Positions 10,214-19,386 of a DNA stretch of 59,124 nucleotides are shown here, piece by piece (within the stretch, counting starts at the first letter, position 1; every line of letters starts with the position of its first letter). The stretch is from positions 1-59,124 of IMG/VR virus record IMGVR_UViG_3300000228_000009; one strand, written 5' to 3'. The stretch is from a virus. Taxonomy: Duplodnaviria > Caudoviricetes. A model generated the notes under the pieces. That model was not told the origin of the DNA. It searched no databases and saw nothing but the letters and a program-made list of their open reading frames with translations. The translations under genes and the position numbers were made by a program.

Positions 10214-10353
10214 GCCACAGTAGTACCATAGTACCATATTTAATAGTATGATCTTAAGCAGTAATATATTGTATTCTTATAGGGGTAAATTGGTATTGGA
10301 AGGCTTCAGAAGGGAATATTGGAAAGGAAAAAAGTTGGAATATTTGTTATTAA

Positions 10354-10533
10354 TTATGGTTCTGGTATAGGAGTAGTTTCATATAGTTTTATTTTTGTAC
10401 AAGTTCTAATTGATTTTATCATATTAGCATATTTATTGGCTAATCCTAATTCTTCTTTTTTAAAGAAATGACATTCTTGATTACTTGTTAGTGTATTGAA
10501 CCATACCACTATTATATTAGTTTGATTTTGCAT
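10354..10533 (-). CDS. small hypothetical protein (59 aa)
   Basis: manual translation MQNQTNIIVVWFNTLT...ETTPIPEP*; GGAG RBS; below the ORF-track cutoff. Confidence 0.5.
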   Translation of the reverse strand: MQNQTNIIVVWFNTLTSNQECHFFKKEELGLANKYANMIKSIRTCTKIKLYETTPIPEP

Positions 10534-10652
10534 CTTATATTCTCCGGCGGAGATTAAAATATAGTTTAATAATAGATATACTTATAGTTAATAGTACTAT
10601 AGATACTATTACTAACATAAATTTTAAATTATTTTGTTTAATTTTTAATAAG

Positions 10653-10700
10653 AAATAGTACCATTATTTAAATTTTGTTATAAAATAATGGTACTATTTT
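10653..10700 (-). terminator. hairpin downstream of the 10723-11019 gene
   Basis: AAATAGTACCATTATTT...AAATAATGGTACTATTT inverted repeat. Confidence 0.55.
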
Positions 10701-10722
10701 ATACTTTATTTGTTTTTGTTTA

Positions 10723-11019
10723 CTAAACTTTGAATTCAGGATGTGTTTTTAATATATTATTAAGTAGTACTTTTAGTCTTTTTAATTCAATATTAAACTT
10801 TACTACTAGTAATAAAGAAACTATAGTTAGCGTACCATGTAAACAATAACCTACAGTATTGTCTTTTACTATATAAGCTATTAGTATACTAATACATGCC
10901 ATTACACACCAAAATATTACATTTACTTTTGCCGCCGGAATTAAAGAAAATTGTAATGTTTGCGCGTAGCCTTCTCTTGGCATTCTTTCATGTTGCCTTC
11001 TTGATATAAAATTTTCCAT
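10723..11019 (-). CDS. two-TM membrane protein
   Basis: two hydrophobic segments; GGAGG RBS. Confidence 0.55.
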   Translation of the reverse strand: MENFISRRQHERMPREGYAQTLQFSLIPAAKVNVIFWCVMACISILIAYIVKDNTVGYCLHGTLTIVSLLLVVKFNIELKRLKVLLNNILKTHPEFKV

Positions 11020-11193
11020 AACATTCCTCCTGTTAAATTTTATAATACATATATAACCTATACTATAATATTACTGGTTTGTTTATAATTCTATATCAAG
11101 TATAGCAAGGTACATTAATAACATAATGAAACCTAATAAGAGCCCGCTTTTAAAAAACCATATTAAAAATTCCATTATTTAGTACCTTTTATG

Positions 11194-11221
11194 TTGACAT
11201 TAAATTAAAATATGTTATAAT
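11194..11221 (+). promoter_or_regulatory. sigma70-type promoter
   Basis: TTGACA(11194)-16 nt-TATAAT(11216) with an extended-10 TG. Confidence 0.8.
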
Positions 11222-11234
11222 ATAGTATACAATT

Positions 11235-12364
11235 TGTCCCCAGTTGGGGACATTTTACTAACCGAAATTTTAGTGCTAATCAATATTAAAACATTACTAA
11301 AAGGTGACTTATGAACGAGATAAATGAATTAAAAGCTGATGCTACATTAGAAGAACAATGCAACTATTTCAAAGAACAAGCAGTAAACTTTGCTTTAAAT
11401 TCTTTAGCTTTATCAAATAAATATGATCATGACGTTGCATTATTAATGTTTATGGTTGCTGAATATATACCATTTTTCGAAAATATGATGATTGATTTGG
11501 GCATGCAAGATGTTTTAGATAAATTTAAAAAAGAAAGATCTTTAAAAAAATAGAAGATTTTTGTCGCCCACTGGGCGACAAAACTACATAAGATTTGAAA
11601 TCTTTTTAAAAAATAGAATATTTTTGTTGCCCATTGGGCGACAAAATTTCATAAGATTTTTATGTTTAATAAACTAACATGTATATAATAGCAACAGAGT
11701 GATGTTTACAACTATAAAAAATTTAAACTTCAAGTAATAGATTACATCACCTATCTTAGTAGATAGTTCTATTAGAAGTTTTTAATGAAAGGTAAAACTA
11801 TGAACGAACTAATTGTAAAAGAACCATTTAATTTTTCTGTTATTGAAACAATGGAATCAGTTAAATTAACTGAAATGTCGTTTATGGATAGAACTAAACT
11901 TTATTGTGAAGTTGAAGCTAAGTCTTTTTATCTTCGCGGTAGAATTCTTCAATCAATAAAAGAAGACAACTGTTTTAAAGAAGCTGGTTACGAAACATTT
12001 GAAAAAGCTGTGAAAGATATTTTAAGTATTAGTAGGAGTTTTGCTTATAGAATTATGGATGCTACTACTACTTATGAAACTTTGTCGCCCACTGGGCGAC
12101 ATTTTTTGCCAACATCTGAAAGACAATTAAGACCTCTTACAGGATTAGAACCAGAACAACAAATTGAAGTATGGCAAGAAGTAGCTAAAGATAAAGTACC
12201 TACTGCTAAAGAAGTACAAAAAGCAGTAAATAAAAAATTAGGTAAAAATATTCCACAAAAAGATAAAATAAAAGTACCAGTAACATCCTTAGAAGTACCT
12301 ATAGTGCCTATTGAAGATATCACAGCTGCAAAATCTTATGAAATTTTGTCCACAATTGTGGACA
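11235..12364. repeat. family of five TGTY-N10/11-GACA palindromes (operator-like)
   Basis: 11235 TGTCCCCAGTTGGGGACA; 11562 and 12083 TGTCGCCCACTGGGCGACA; 11625 TGTTGCCCATTGGGCGACA; 12347 TGTCCACAATTGTGGACA. Confidence 0.85.
11311..11553 (+). CDS. hypothetical protein
   Basis: AAGGTG RBS, downstream of the consensus promoter. Confidence 0.6.
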   Translation: MNEINELKADATLEEQCNYFKEQAVNFALNSLALSNKYDHDVALLMFMVAEYIPFFENMMIDLGMQDVLDKFKKERSLKK

Positions 12365-12762
12365 TTTTGCCTACTGAAAATAATAGTACTATAGATATGT
12401 CTAAATATATTACTATAGAAGAACATAATAGAATTGTTTTAGAATATGAAAAAGCTTATATGATAGATATTGAAAAATTAATGAATAGAGTTTCTGAATT
12501 AGAAAGTAGATTAAGTTTTTTTGAGAAAGATTCTATTAATCCAACCCCAGAAAAATCAACTTTATTACCCAGAGAAATTGTATTTAATTTTGTAAAACAA
12601 CACGGTAATGCTATACAATGTCTAGCATTACTATCAGATTATCTTACTAATGAAAGATTATATAATCTTTTTGTTAAAGTAAGAGAAGACTATAAGATGA
12701 CCACCCCACCCCCAGCATGGGATTTAGAAATAATAAATGCTACAGGAATTTTGAGTTTTTAG
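11785..12762 (+). CDS. probable HTH DNA-binding protein (DUF3102/ParB-C-like)
   Basis: GYETFEKAVKDILSISRSFAYRIMDA helix-turn-helix-like segment followed by LPTSERQLRPLT...QIEVWQ. Confidence 0.6.
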   Translation: MKGKTMNELIVKEPFNFSVIETMESVKLTEMSFMDRTKLYCEVEAKSFYLRGRILQSIKEDNCFKEAGYETFEKAVKDILSISRSFAYRIMDATTTYETLSPTGRHFLPTSERQLRPLTGLEPEQQIEVWQEVAKDKVPTAKEVQKAVNKKLGKNIPQKDKIKVPVTSLEVPIVPIEDITAAKSYEILSTIVDILPTENNSTIDMSKYITIEEHNRIVLEYEKAYMIDIEKLMNRVSELESRLSFFEKDSINPTPEKSTLLPREIVFNFVKQHGNAIQCLALLSDYLTNERLYNLFVKVREDYKMTTPPPAWDLEIINATGILSF

Positions 12763-13038
12763 TATGCAAGGTTAGTTTATTCAATACTGTTTAAATTATT
12801 TATTTCCCGGCCACAAAAATTCATCTGTAAAAAATCTCAGGATATGAATAGGTCGCCTGTCTAGAGACCAAAAAACCGGCCATCCCTCCCAACTACACTC
12901 CGTACCACCAACTTGCTTGATGCCAGAGGAAAAAATAAGTTGTACCACTTATAATAATCCATGATATGAAATACAAGTTTTGACAATAGCATATTTCCCC
13001 ACAATAAAATATATATAATAATAAGTACCATATTATAA

Positions 13039-13076
13039 ATTGTACCGTACCACCCCGAAGGATGATACGGTACAAT
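13039..13076 (-). terminator. intrinsic terminator-like hairpin
   Basis: long stem with a cUUCGg loop on the minus strand immediately after the stop of 13083. Confidence 0.7.
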
Positions 13077-13082
13077 AACGGC

Positions 13083-14012
13083 TTAGATAGGCATCTGCCC
13101 ACTAAGCATGGTTCCTGCAGCAGCTGATACTGGAGGAACTGCTACAGTTGGGACGGCTCCGAATGATGCCAACATTTTTGCAAATGCAGCCGGATCAATT
13201 CCTGCTGGCATTTGTACCGGTGCAGGAGTAGGAGTAGGAGCAGGTGCAGGTACCACTGCTGGTGCAGGTACTTGTCCTCTCATCATAGCTTGTAACATTG
13301 CCACCATGTTAGGATCAATTCCTGCTGGCATTCCCGGTGTTGCTGCATTGATCAATTGTGCACCAGCCGGAAGCATTATCCTTGCATGCCCATAGGTAGT
13401 ACTTCCTGATATGTACTGCATTTCTTTACGGGATCTTTTGATGAAGTCCCAAGTCTCCGCGTCTGCGTGACCTGTAACGTTCCAGAAGGGAGGCCGTGCT
13501 GCGAATGTGGCTTGTCCGGTTGCTCGGTAATTGGCAATCTCATTCTGAATAACCGCATCGGCGTCGTTGCCCCAAATCGGAAGTCCTTTCATAACAAAGG
13601 ATGTTCCGTTAACCATGATTTCCCGACCAAGATGATCCACTTGCGGCTTGTCATCAATAAAGAGACGTTTCTTGAACGTGTTTACGTCCAGTTCACAAGA
13701 GAATTCCTTTCCAGCCGTAATGGCCTTGGCGCAAAGGTCAGCTAGACCACCACCAGGTTTGGCATTGTTTCCATTCCATGCTACAATACGAATGACCTCT
13801 GCCTTCCCTTCACGATACTCCCCTGTGGTTGGGTCGGTATAGTTCATACCGTTTATATACACGTTACCCTCCCATCTGGCCGAAACTTTTTTGCCGTTTG
13901 TAATGTGTTCCGGATAGTAGGTACCACCGTGTTGAACACCAGTAGCTGCATTCTTCGTACCTGCTGCCCGACCTGCTACCAACATTGCTACAAACTTGCT
14001 TGCACTTGCCAT
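13083..14012 (-). CDS. possible divergent single-stranded DNA-binding (OB-fold) protein with Pro/Ala-rich tail
   Basis: GEYREGKAEVIRIVAWNG...LADLCAKAITAGKEFSCE resembles the SSB core; start MASASKF at 14012 with an AGGAG RBS. Confidence 0.45.
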   Translation of the reverse strand: MASASKFVAMLVAGRAAGTKNAATGVQHGGTYYPEHITNGKKVSARWEGNVYINGMNYTDPTTGEYREGKAEVIRIVAWNGNNAKPGGGLADLCAKAITAGKEFSCELDVNTFKKRLFIDDKPQVDHLGREIMVNGTSFVMKGLPIWGNDADAVIQNEIANYRATGQATFAARPPFWNVTGHADAETWDFIKRSRKEMQYISGSTTYGHARIMLPAGAQLINAATPGMPAGIDPNMVAMLQAMMRGQVPAPAVVPAPAPTPTPAPVQMPAGIDPAAFAKMLASFGAVPTVAVPPVSAAAGTMLSGQMPI

Positions 14013-14132
14013 GATAATTCTCCTAAAAAAAGATAAAAGTTTGAGCAAGGGAACAATTCCACAAGCCCATCGTAAGACCAGTACCACTATTCCCCATTTC
14101 CATCCCCATGAACAGAAACAGGTACACCAACC

Positions 14133-14315
14133 TCAATAGACAGTACCACTACTCCCCACAACTTTAGGTTCAATACTTAAAATGTTTCCATTTTTATCGT
14201 AATGAATCCAAATAATTGTGCATTTAGGTAATGAATTCAAGTATTTAATTGTACGTCCGAATTCATTTCTAATTTGATGAGAGTTAATTACTATGCCTGA
14301 ACGAATCATGTCCAT
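14133..14315 (-). CDS. hypothetical protein
   Basis: overlaps the stop of the upstream gene. Confidence 0.45.
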   Translation of the reverse strand: MDMIRSGIVINSHQIRNEFGRTIKYLNSLPKCTIIWIHYDKNGNILSIEPKVVGSSGTVY

Positions 14316-15574
14316 AGTTTATATTCCTCTTGTCCGAGGATATGTCCTGCTGGAAGTTTAATGCTGGCACGTACTCCAGGATTTAGGTGATCCCCAAGAA
14401 CGTACATTATCTTTGCTCCCATCTGAGCTTCACGAGCCCAAGTTTTTAAATTTCCCATGTCATCTACTGCGTTGGGATTTTGTGCAACAAGAGACCGTCT
14501 ATGTAGTGTACCATTGATATTAAGGAATAAAGTATACTTAGGAAGGTTTTCTTTCGTAAGCATACCTGTTATTCCCATTGTGGTTGGTTGATTTTTGGCA
14601 TATTTACCTTGGTTATCTAACGTATCCATATGAGTGAATATTTGAGAAGCGCCAGGAATGTGGGCAATGTTGATAGGATCTAATATTACACCAGGGTTAT
14701 TATACCCTCCTTCGTTTGTGAACTCTCCCTTGGAAACAACATGCCAGAACATGGTACGGAATACTGTCTCTATTGTGCTGGCCATGTTTGGTACAATTGC
14801 TGGCGGATTTGGGTCTTCATATTCTGTATATTCTTCTGCATAAGCTTGTGATTCAGGCACTGTACGCGTTGGTTCAACAGGTTGAAGTTGCTCAGTTTCC
14901 TGTATTGTTGTTTCTAAGAATTTTGCTGGTTCTTCTATCCAAGGTTCTTCATCTTTTGATAAAGCCTCGAATGTATGTGAAATAGAAAGTTCTAAGTTTT
15001 TATCTGGGTCATAATACCCCAGATTATTTTTGTGCATCCAAACTTGAAGATCTTTCCACATCATAGGAGTTTCTTTTGTGTCCTCCTCCAAAGAGTCGAT
15101 AAATTCCTTAATTTGGCCATCCAAGAAGTCCCCAAACAGTGTTATGTTACAATCCCAATTCTTGGCTATTAACCAAGCTTTTTTACCTGCTTCTTTTGCA
15201 CCTTCCTCATCAAGGTTATTGTGGTTGAAGTCGTTATTTTCGAAGCTGACTTTGAGGTGCCACGCTTCATGGATAACAGTATCAAGAAGTTCGTGCAATA
15301 ACATCATACGAATACTTGCATACATGTTTTCTTCTTTCATGCATAGATCTAGAGAAGATCCAAAGTGTTTCCCCAAGTTAATGCTTATTGAACGAGATGG
15401 GGTGTGAGCAATACCAAAATAATCGCTAGGTACATTTTCATTATATGCAATCATATTGATTGCTTCGTGCGGGCATATTGAAAGTACAGCATTTCGTATA
15501 AGCCACCGTAAATGTGGCGATACTAATTTGCAGCCCGTCTCAAGAATTCCAGGTACTTCGTTGTATTTATTCAT
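14306..15574 (-). CDS. zincin-like (HEXXH) domain protein
   Basis: TVIHEAWH motif preceded by a FGIAHT...ISINL strand pattern. Confidence 0.5.
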   Translation of the reverse strand: MNKYNEVPGILETGCKLVSPHLRWLIRNAVLSICPHEAINMIAYNENVPSDYFGIAHTPSRSISINLGKHFGSSLDLCMKEENMYASIRMMLLHELLDTVIHEAWHLKVSFENNDFNHNNLDEEGAKEAGKKAWLIAKNWDCNITLFGDFLDGQIKEFIDSLEEDTKETPMMWKDLQVWMHKNNLGYYDPDKNLELSISHTFEALSKDEEPWIEEPAKFLETTIQETEQLQPVEPTRTVPESQAYAEEYTEYEDPNPPAIVPNMASTIETVFRTMFWHVVSKGEFTNEGGYNNPGVILDPINIAHIPGASQIFTHMDTLDNQGKYAKNQPTTMGITGMLTKENLPKYTLFLNINGTLHRRSLVAQNPNAVDDMGNLKTWAREAQMGAKIMYVLGDHLNPGVRASIKLPAGHILGQEEYKLWT

Positions 15575-16376
15575 TGTGTTCTCCTTTGTATGTGTTTCTT
15601 ATGGCCATTATCATTTTACCCAGAAAATTAATGCCAGGCTTTCCTTTGCATTTTGGGCAGTAACAATCACCCCAAAAGTTGTCATGCCACCAGTTACCTT
15701 CAACTAACGTAGCATTGCCTGTAGAAAGTAAAAGATTTTTGAATTTAGGAATCTTAAACTTTTCTTCTAAGGCTACCTTCATTACTTCAAGTTTTACTGT
15801 GCTCCAATCCCAGCACAGTTCTGCTTTTTTTCCTTCTTCTTTTGCTAATGCTGCTGTTGCTAAGGCCGCAATACGAGGCCTTTCTTCAGCAGAAAATTTC
15901 CAAGCTTGATAAAAATGCTCCGTTGAAGAATACATTATTCCTTGATATTCGAATTCACATGGAGCGAAGTTCGAAAGCCAGCTGTATTCCCCTCTGAATT
16001 CTTTGATCTTTTGTGGTTTGTTCAACCAACGCGAGAAATCTACAATCTCTCCGTTATATTTGGCTCCATACTTCTGTAGATAGTATGTAAGAAGATGCCT
16101 GTGGCAAAATTCTCCAGGTGGGCAGAAGCAGACCAGAACTACATACTGCATGTTAAGCAGCTTATTCCAAGCTTCTGTGTTTGTTACACCCATTATTAAC
16201 TCATGATACTTTTTTATATAATTCTGTTTGTCTCCGTCGGTTTTCCCGGATTTCATGTAAGTACTCACCATGTCCCAGGTTGGGGCAAATAGTTTTCCGA
16301 ACGGATCTTGACCTTTCACTGTGATATCCAGCCGGTGTGGCCCTGGATACCGATATTGTGCTGTCCACATTTCCAT
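15567..16376 (-). CDS. DUF488-like + NADAR (YbiA) fusion protein
   Basis: N-terminal FAPTW...LVCFCPPGEFCHRHLL; C-terminal WLSNF, STEHFYQAWKF, LVEGNWWHDNFWG, GINFLGKMIMAIR. Confidence 0.85.
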   Translation of the reverse strand: MEMWTAQYRYPGPHRLDITVKGQDPFGKLFAPTWDMVSTYMKSGKTDGDKQNYIKKYHELIMGVTNTEAWNKLLNMQYVVLVCFCPPGEFCHRHLLTYYLQKYGAKYNGEIVDFSRWLNKPQKIKEFRGEYSWLSNFAPCEFEYQGIMYSSTEHFYQAWKFSAEERPRIAALATAALAKEEGKKAELCWDWSTVKLEVMKVALEEKFKIPKFKNLLLSTGNATLVEGNWWHDNFWGDCYCPKCKGKPGINFLGKMIMAIRNTYKGEHNE

Positions 16377-16586
16377 TTAATTTTCCTCCTCACTGTCTTT
16401 TAATGAAATACATATCTTCTCTGCTTCTTCCTCTTTTGTTTTATCATCCCAATTTGAATCCATTGGGACAGTTAACATTAGCATATTATACTTCCAGTAA
16501 CAACTGATGTTTTCATATACTATATCAGCTCTTACTGGTGTTGATAATATTGAAAAAATGAAAATAGAAAATAGAAATAGCTTCAT
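16377..16586 (-). CDS. small secreted protein
   Basis: signal-peptide-like N-terminus (VRA|D); GGAGG RBS. Confidence 0.55.
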   Translation of the reverse strand: MKLFLFSIFIFSILSTPVRADIVYENISCYWKYNMLMLTVPMDSNWDDKTKEEEAEKICISLKDSEEEN

Positions 16587-16774
16587 GATTTACCTCCTTT
16601 TGAATTAATTGGTTAGTTACCTACCTCAAAGAATAGTACCACTACACCCCAACCATCCCCACACCCCATCTACACAAAGGCTACCATAAACTACAGTCGT
16701 AGCCTACGGAGTCCCAGGGTTCTTTTAAATGGTTGTGCACCCTACCAGGCAGAAACCCGATAGGATGCACTTTG

Positions 16775-17041
16775 TTAAATTTGGTGATACTTATACAAAT
16801 CTTCTAGTTGTTCTTTAAGATCACAAATTTCTTTAACCATTTCTGCTCTTGATTTATCTCTGTATAGCTCTACCATAGGGTCAGTAATACCGTACTCTGC
16901 TGGATTCTCACCAGCATTAAGTATTTGTTGATATTCACTGTCGGGGTCACTATGATCTAATGCTGCAGTATTGTATAGCATTCCTCCCCGTCTTACCCAA
17001 ACATATGTTGTTACTACTTTTCCTACTTTCTTTGTTGTCAT
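16775..17041 (-). CDS. hypothetical protein
   Basis: AGGAG RBS. Confidence 0.6.
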   Translation of the reverse strand: MTTKKVGKVVTTYVWVRRGGMLYNTAALDHSDPDSEYQQILNAGENPAEYGITDPMVELYRDKSRAEMVKEICDLKEQLEDLYKYHQI

Positions 17042-17054
17042 TTCGATCTCCTAA

Positions 17055-17450
17055 TTATAAATATGGATTAACTTCTTTTGGCGGCGGGAATAGAATCATA
17101 CCGTCTTCATCTACTGCCATGAAAGACTTTTCCTCAGCATTATAATAAACAGTATACCCATCTTCTTTGTGATGTGTATTCATTACTTTCATTTCCTTAG
17201 AATTTGTTTGAGTTAGAAGTTCAGCACCTTCTTCAGTCACCAGATCATGGTAGCGAAGTTTATTTTCTCTTATCGCGTAGCCAATCACATCTAAGGCAAA
17301 GAAGTTATCTTTACAAAGACTGTCAACTAACCTGCGGCGAAGAGTTAAAATAGTTTCAGCAGTTATCATATTAGACATAGTAATCTCCTTAAGCGTTGAT
17401 TTGAATGAATTTATATATACTGTTAATGGACCGTTGTGAAAGATTGCCAC
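17055..17450 (-). CDS. hypothetical protein
   Basis: likely start MSNMIT with an AAGGAG RBS. Confidence 0.55.
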   Translation of the reverse strand: MAIFHNGPLTVYINSFKSTLKEITMSNMITAETILTLRRRLVDSLCKDNFFALDVIGYAIRENKLRYHDLVTEEGAELLTQTNSKEMKVMNTHHKEDGYTVYYNAEEKSFMAVDEDGMILFPPPKEVNPYL

Positions 17451-17769
17451 ACCATTCGAATCCTTCGTTTGATTTAATCGCGTTTAACATTTGTTTTACC
17501 CCGCAGATGGAAGGAACTTCATGCATACTGTTGAAGTTTTTCCATACTTTAAGGATGTCATTCTTTCTTTGTAGTGTAACGTAGTTTTTACCTTTACTAC
17601 GTGCTTTAGTTATAGATGAAGATGTTGGTAATACTTGCATCTTACTTATATAAGCCATTAGCTTTATTAATGTAAGTTCTTCTTGTGCTTTACGTAACTC
17701 CATAAATTTATTATTTACTCTATTAGTAGCAGCAATTACTAAACCATTTGAATCTACGTTATATACCAT
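17389..17769 (-). CDS. hypothetical protein
   Basis: AAAGGAG RBS in a structured leader. Confidence 0.65.
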   Translation of the reverse strand: MVYNVDSNGLVIAATNRVNNKFMELRKAQEELTLIKLMAYISKMQVLPTSSSITKARSKGKNYVTLQRKNDILKVWKNFNSMHEVPSICGVKQMLNAIKSNEGFEWCGNLSQRSINSIYKFIQINA

Positions 17770-17873
17770 GGTGTTCTCCTTTGGCCTTAGCCTTTGGTTT
17801 TTTAGAGCCGCCGAAATGGAAGCTCCTTCAAAAAACCAGTACCACTACATTAATGCAGTGATACTGGTTTAGG

Positions 17874-18278
17874 TTAATGTTTAATCTTTTTAGGAACTGC
17901 TTTAATTATTAAGCGTTCCTTGTAGAATTTGTGTGTCCCTATTTGTGTTATGTACGTAAGGTCTTTTCGCCATATAGGCTTTTTATCTTGCCTATGATAG
18001 TGGGTAGAACCTTTTGTAAAATCATAACCTTTTACAGCTATGATAGAACTCTTAAGACATTCAAGTAAAGCTTTCATGTCTGTCGGAGTCCATGATTTTT
18101 GTGTGTGGGTCCAACTAAACTGTTTAGGATCAAGCACAACTTCTTTTACTGATTGCTTTCTTTCCTTAACACGATTAATTGTCACATGGGCTACAGCCAC
18201 CTGCGCTAACTGATCTTCGCTTCTGGCTTCATGATAAACATTCAATGTTAACCACACAAGAGCACTTAGTAAATCCAT
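17874..18278 (-). CDS. cell wall hydrolase (SleB/Hydrolase_2 family)
   Basis: LNVYHEARSE, VAHVTINRV, QFSW, THYH and IGTHKFY motifs. Confidence 0.9.
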   Translation of the reverse strand: MDLLSALVWLTLNVYHEARSEDQLAQVAVAHVTINRVKERKQSVKEVVLDPKQFSWTHTQKSWTPTDMKALLECLKSSIIAVKGYDFTKGSTHYHRQDKKPIWRKDLTYITQIGTHKFYKERLIIKAVPKKIKH

Positions 18279-18282
18279 GAGG

Positions 18283-18825
18283 TTACTCTCCTATGTAGGC
18301 ACCAAGTTCTTGCTGTCTGTCCTTAATGCGTTCAATGAAACGAGATAAAGTTTCATGATTTCCCAGATTCATTACTGTAATACCCATATCTTGGGATAAC
18401 CGTAGCGCTTGTCCGGTCCCTCCCGAAATTTTTCCGTCAGGAGTCCAACAAATGATCAAAGAGCAACCCTCAATGATCAAATAGTTTCTGGCATGCAATT
18501 TAAAAGCACCTCGTGTTAGTCTTGCAGAGTTTGGATGGTATTTATGAACTGACTCTATTGCTTTTGTGTGAGTCTTGTCATTAAATACCATGACGCTCTT
18601 GTTATGAAGGGTTGCTACCCACGCAGATTCATAACTGCCCCAAGGTAAGAAAAGTTCGATAGGTCCTCGTACCTTGTTGGCTCCATTGGCAAACGCTTGA
18701 TCAGCACCTAATGCAGCCCCGGTATTACACGTATGACCGTCAATGGCCATAAGTGTTCCAATATCCTCCATCATCTTAATAATATCAGGAGGGGTTTGTC
18801 TTGATCCTATACCTGCGTATTTCAT
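18283..18825 (-). CDS. SLOG/DprA(Smf)-like nucleotide-binding protein
   Basis: YAGIGSRQTP, TGAALGAD, HARN and CWTPDG..SGGTGQA motifs. Confidence 0.8.
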   Translation of the reverse strand: MKYAGIGSRQTPPDIIKMMEDIGTLMAIDGHTCNTGAALGADQAFANGANKVRGPIELFLPWGSYESAWVATLHNKSVMVFNDKTHTKAIESVHKYHPNSARLTRGAFKLHARNYLIIEGCSLIICWTPDGKISGGTGQALRLSQDMGITVMNLGNHETLSRFIERIKDRQQELGAYIGE

Positions 18826-19025
18826 TTTTCCATCTCCTTCAATGCTTCAGTAGCAATATCTTTATTAGTATACCCGCCTGGCACATCAATATTGCTTTGA
18901 ATGCGAAGTAGAGCAGCCTTCGCAATGTCCAACTTCTTCTTTGCCTCTTGACGTTCTTGTATAGCAGCTCTTGCATTAGCAGCTGCTCGTTCAATTACTG
19001 TTAGAGTTTTGTTAATCCAGTTCAT
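18822..19025 (-). CDS. hypothetical coiled-coil protein
   Basis: AAAGGAG RBS. Confidence 0.55.
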   Translation of the reverse strand: MNWINKTLTVIERAAANARAAIQERQEAKKKLDIAKAALLRIQSNIDVPGGYTNKDIATEALKEMEK

Positions 19026-19067
19026 AATGTACTCCTTTGCAATTATACTACCAGGGTTCTTTTGTTT

Positions 19068-19307
19068 TTATTTCCAATCTGCTGGGCGCATTGTCCAAGC
19101 GACCTCAGCGAAATCAGCGTGTAGTCCAAAGTACAGCTTATCTATAGGTATATCAAGAGATAAGGCAGCAGCCTTTTCAATATCTCCTGTAGAGGTATGC
19201 AATAATGATGCAGACCATATTGCTTCTACAACCTCATGTTGTTCTTCAAAGGGCTTTTCCCACGCTTCTTTTTCTCTTGGAACGATTTTGATTTTAATGA
19301 CGTCCAT
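19068..19307 (-). CDS. hypothetical protein
   Basis: GAGGTG RBS. Confidence 0.55.
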   Translation of the reverse strand: MDVIKIKIVPREKEAWEKPFEEQHEVVEAIWSASLLHTSTGDIEKAAALSLDIPIDKLYFGLHADFAEVAWTMRPADWK

Positions 19308-19386
19308 AAGTCACCTCGATTGGAGTTGGGTTAATTCTTCGTTTATGTAATGAATCTCAGCTTCTGTTTGACAAGCTGCCGTGAAT

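Noticed and set aside
11235-12364. diversity-generating retroelement TR/VR pair
   Set aside because: differences are not adenine-specific, the repeats are short, and no reverse transcriptase is present in the window
13108-15909. several plus-strand ORFs
   Set aside because: antisense shadows of longer minus-strand genes with RBSs
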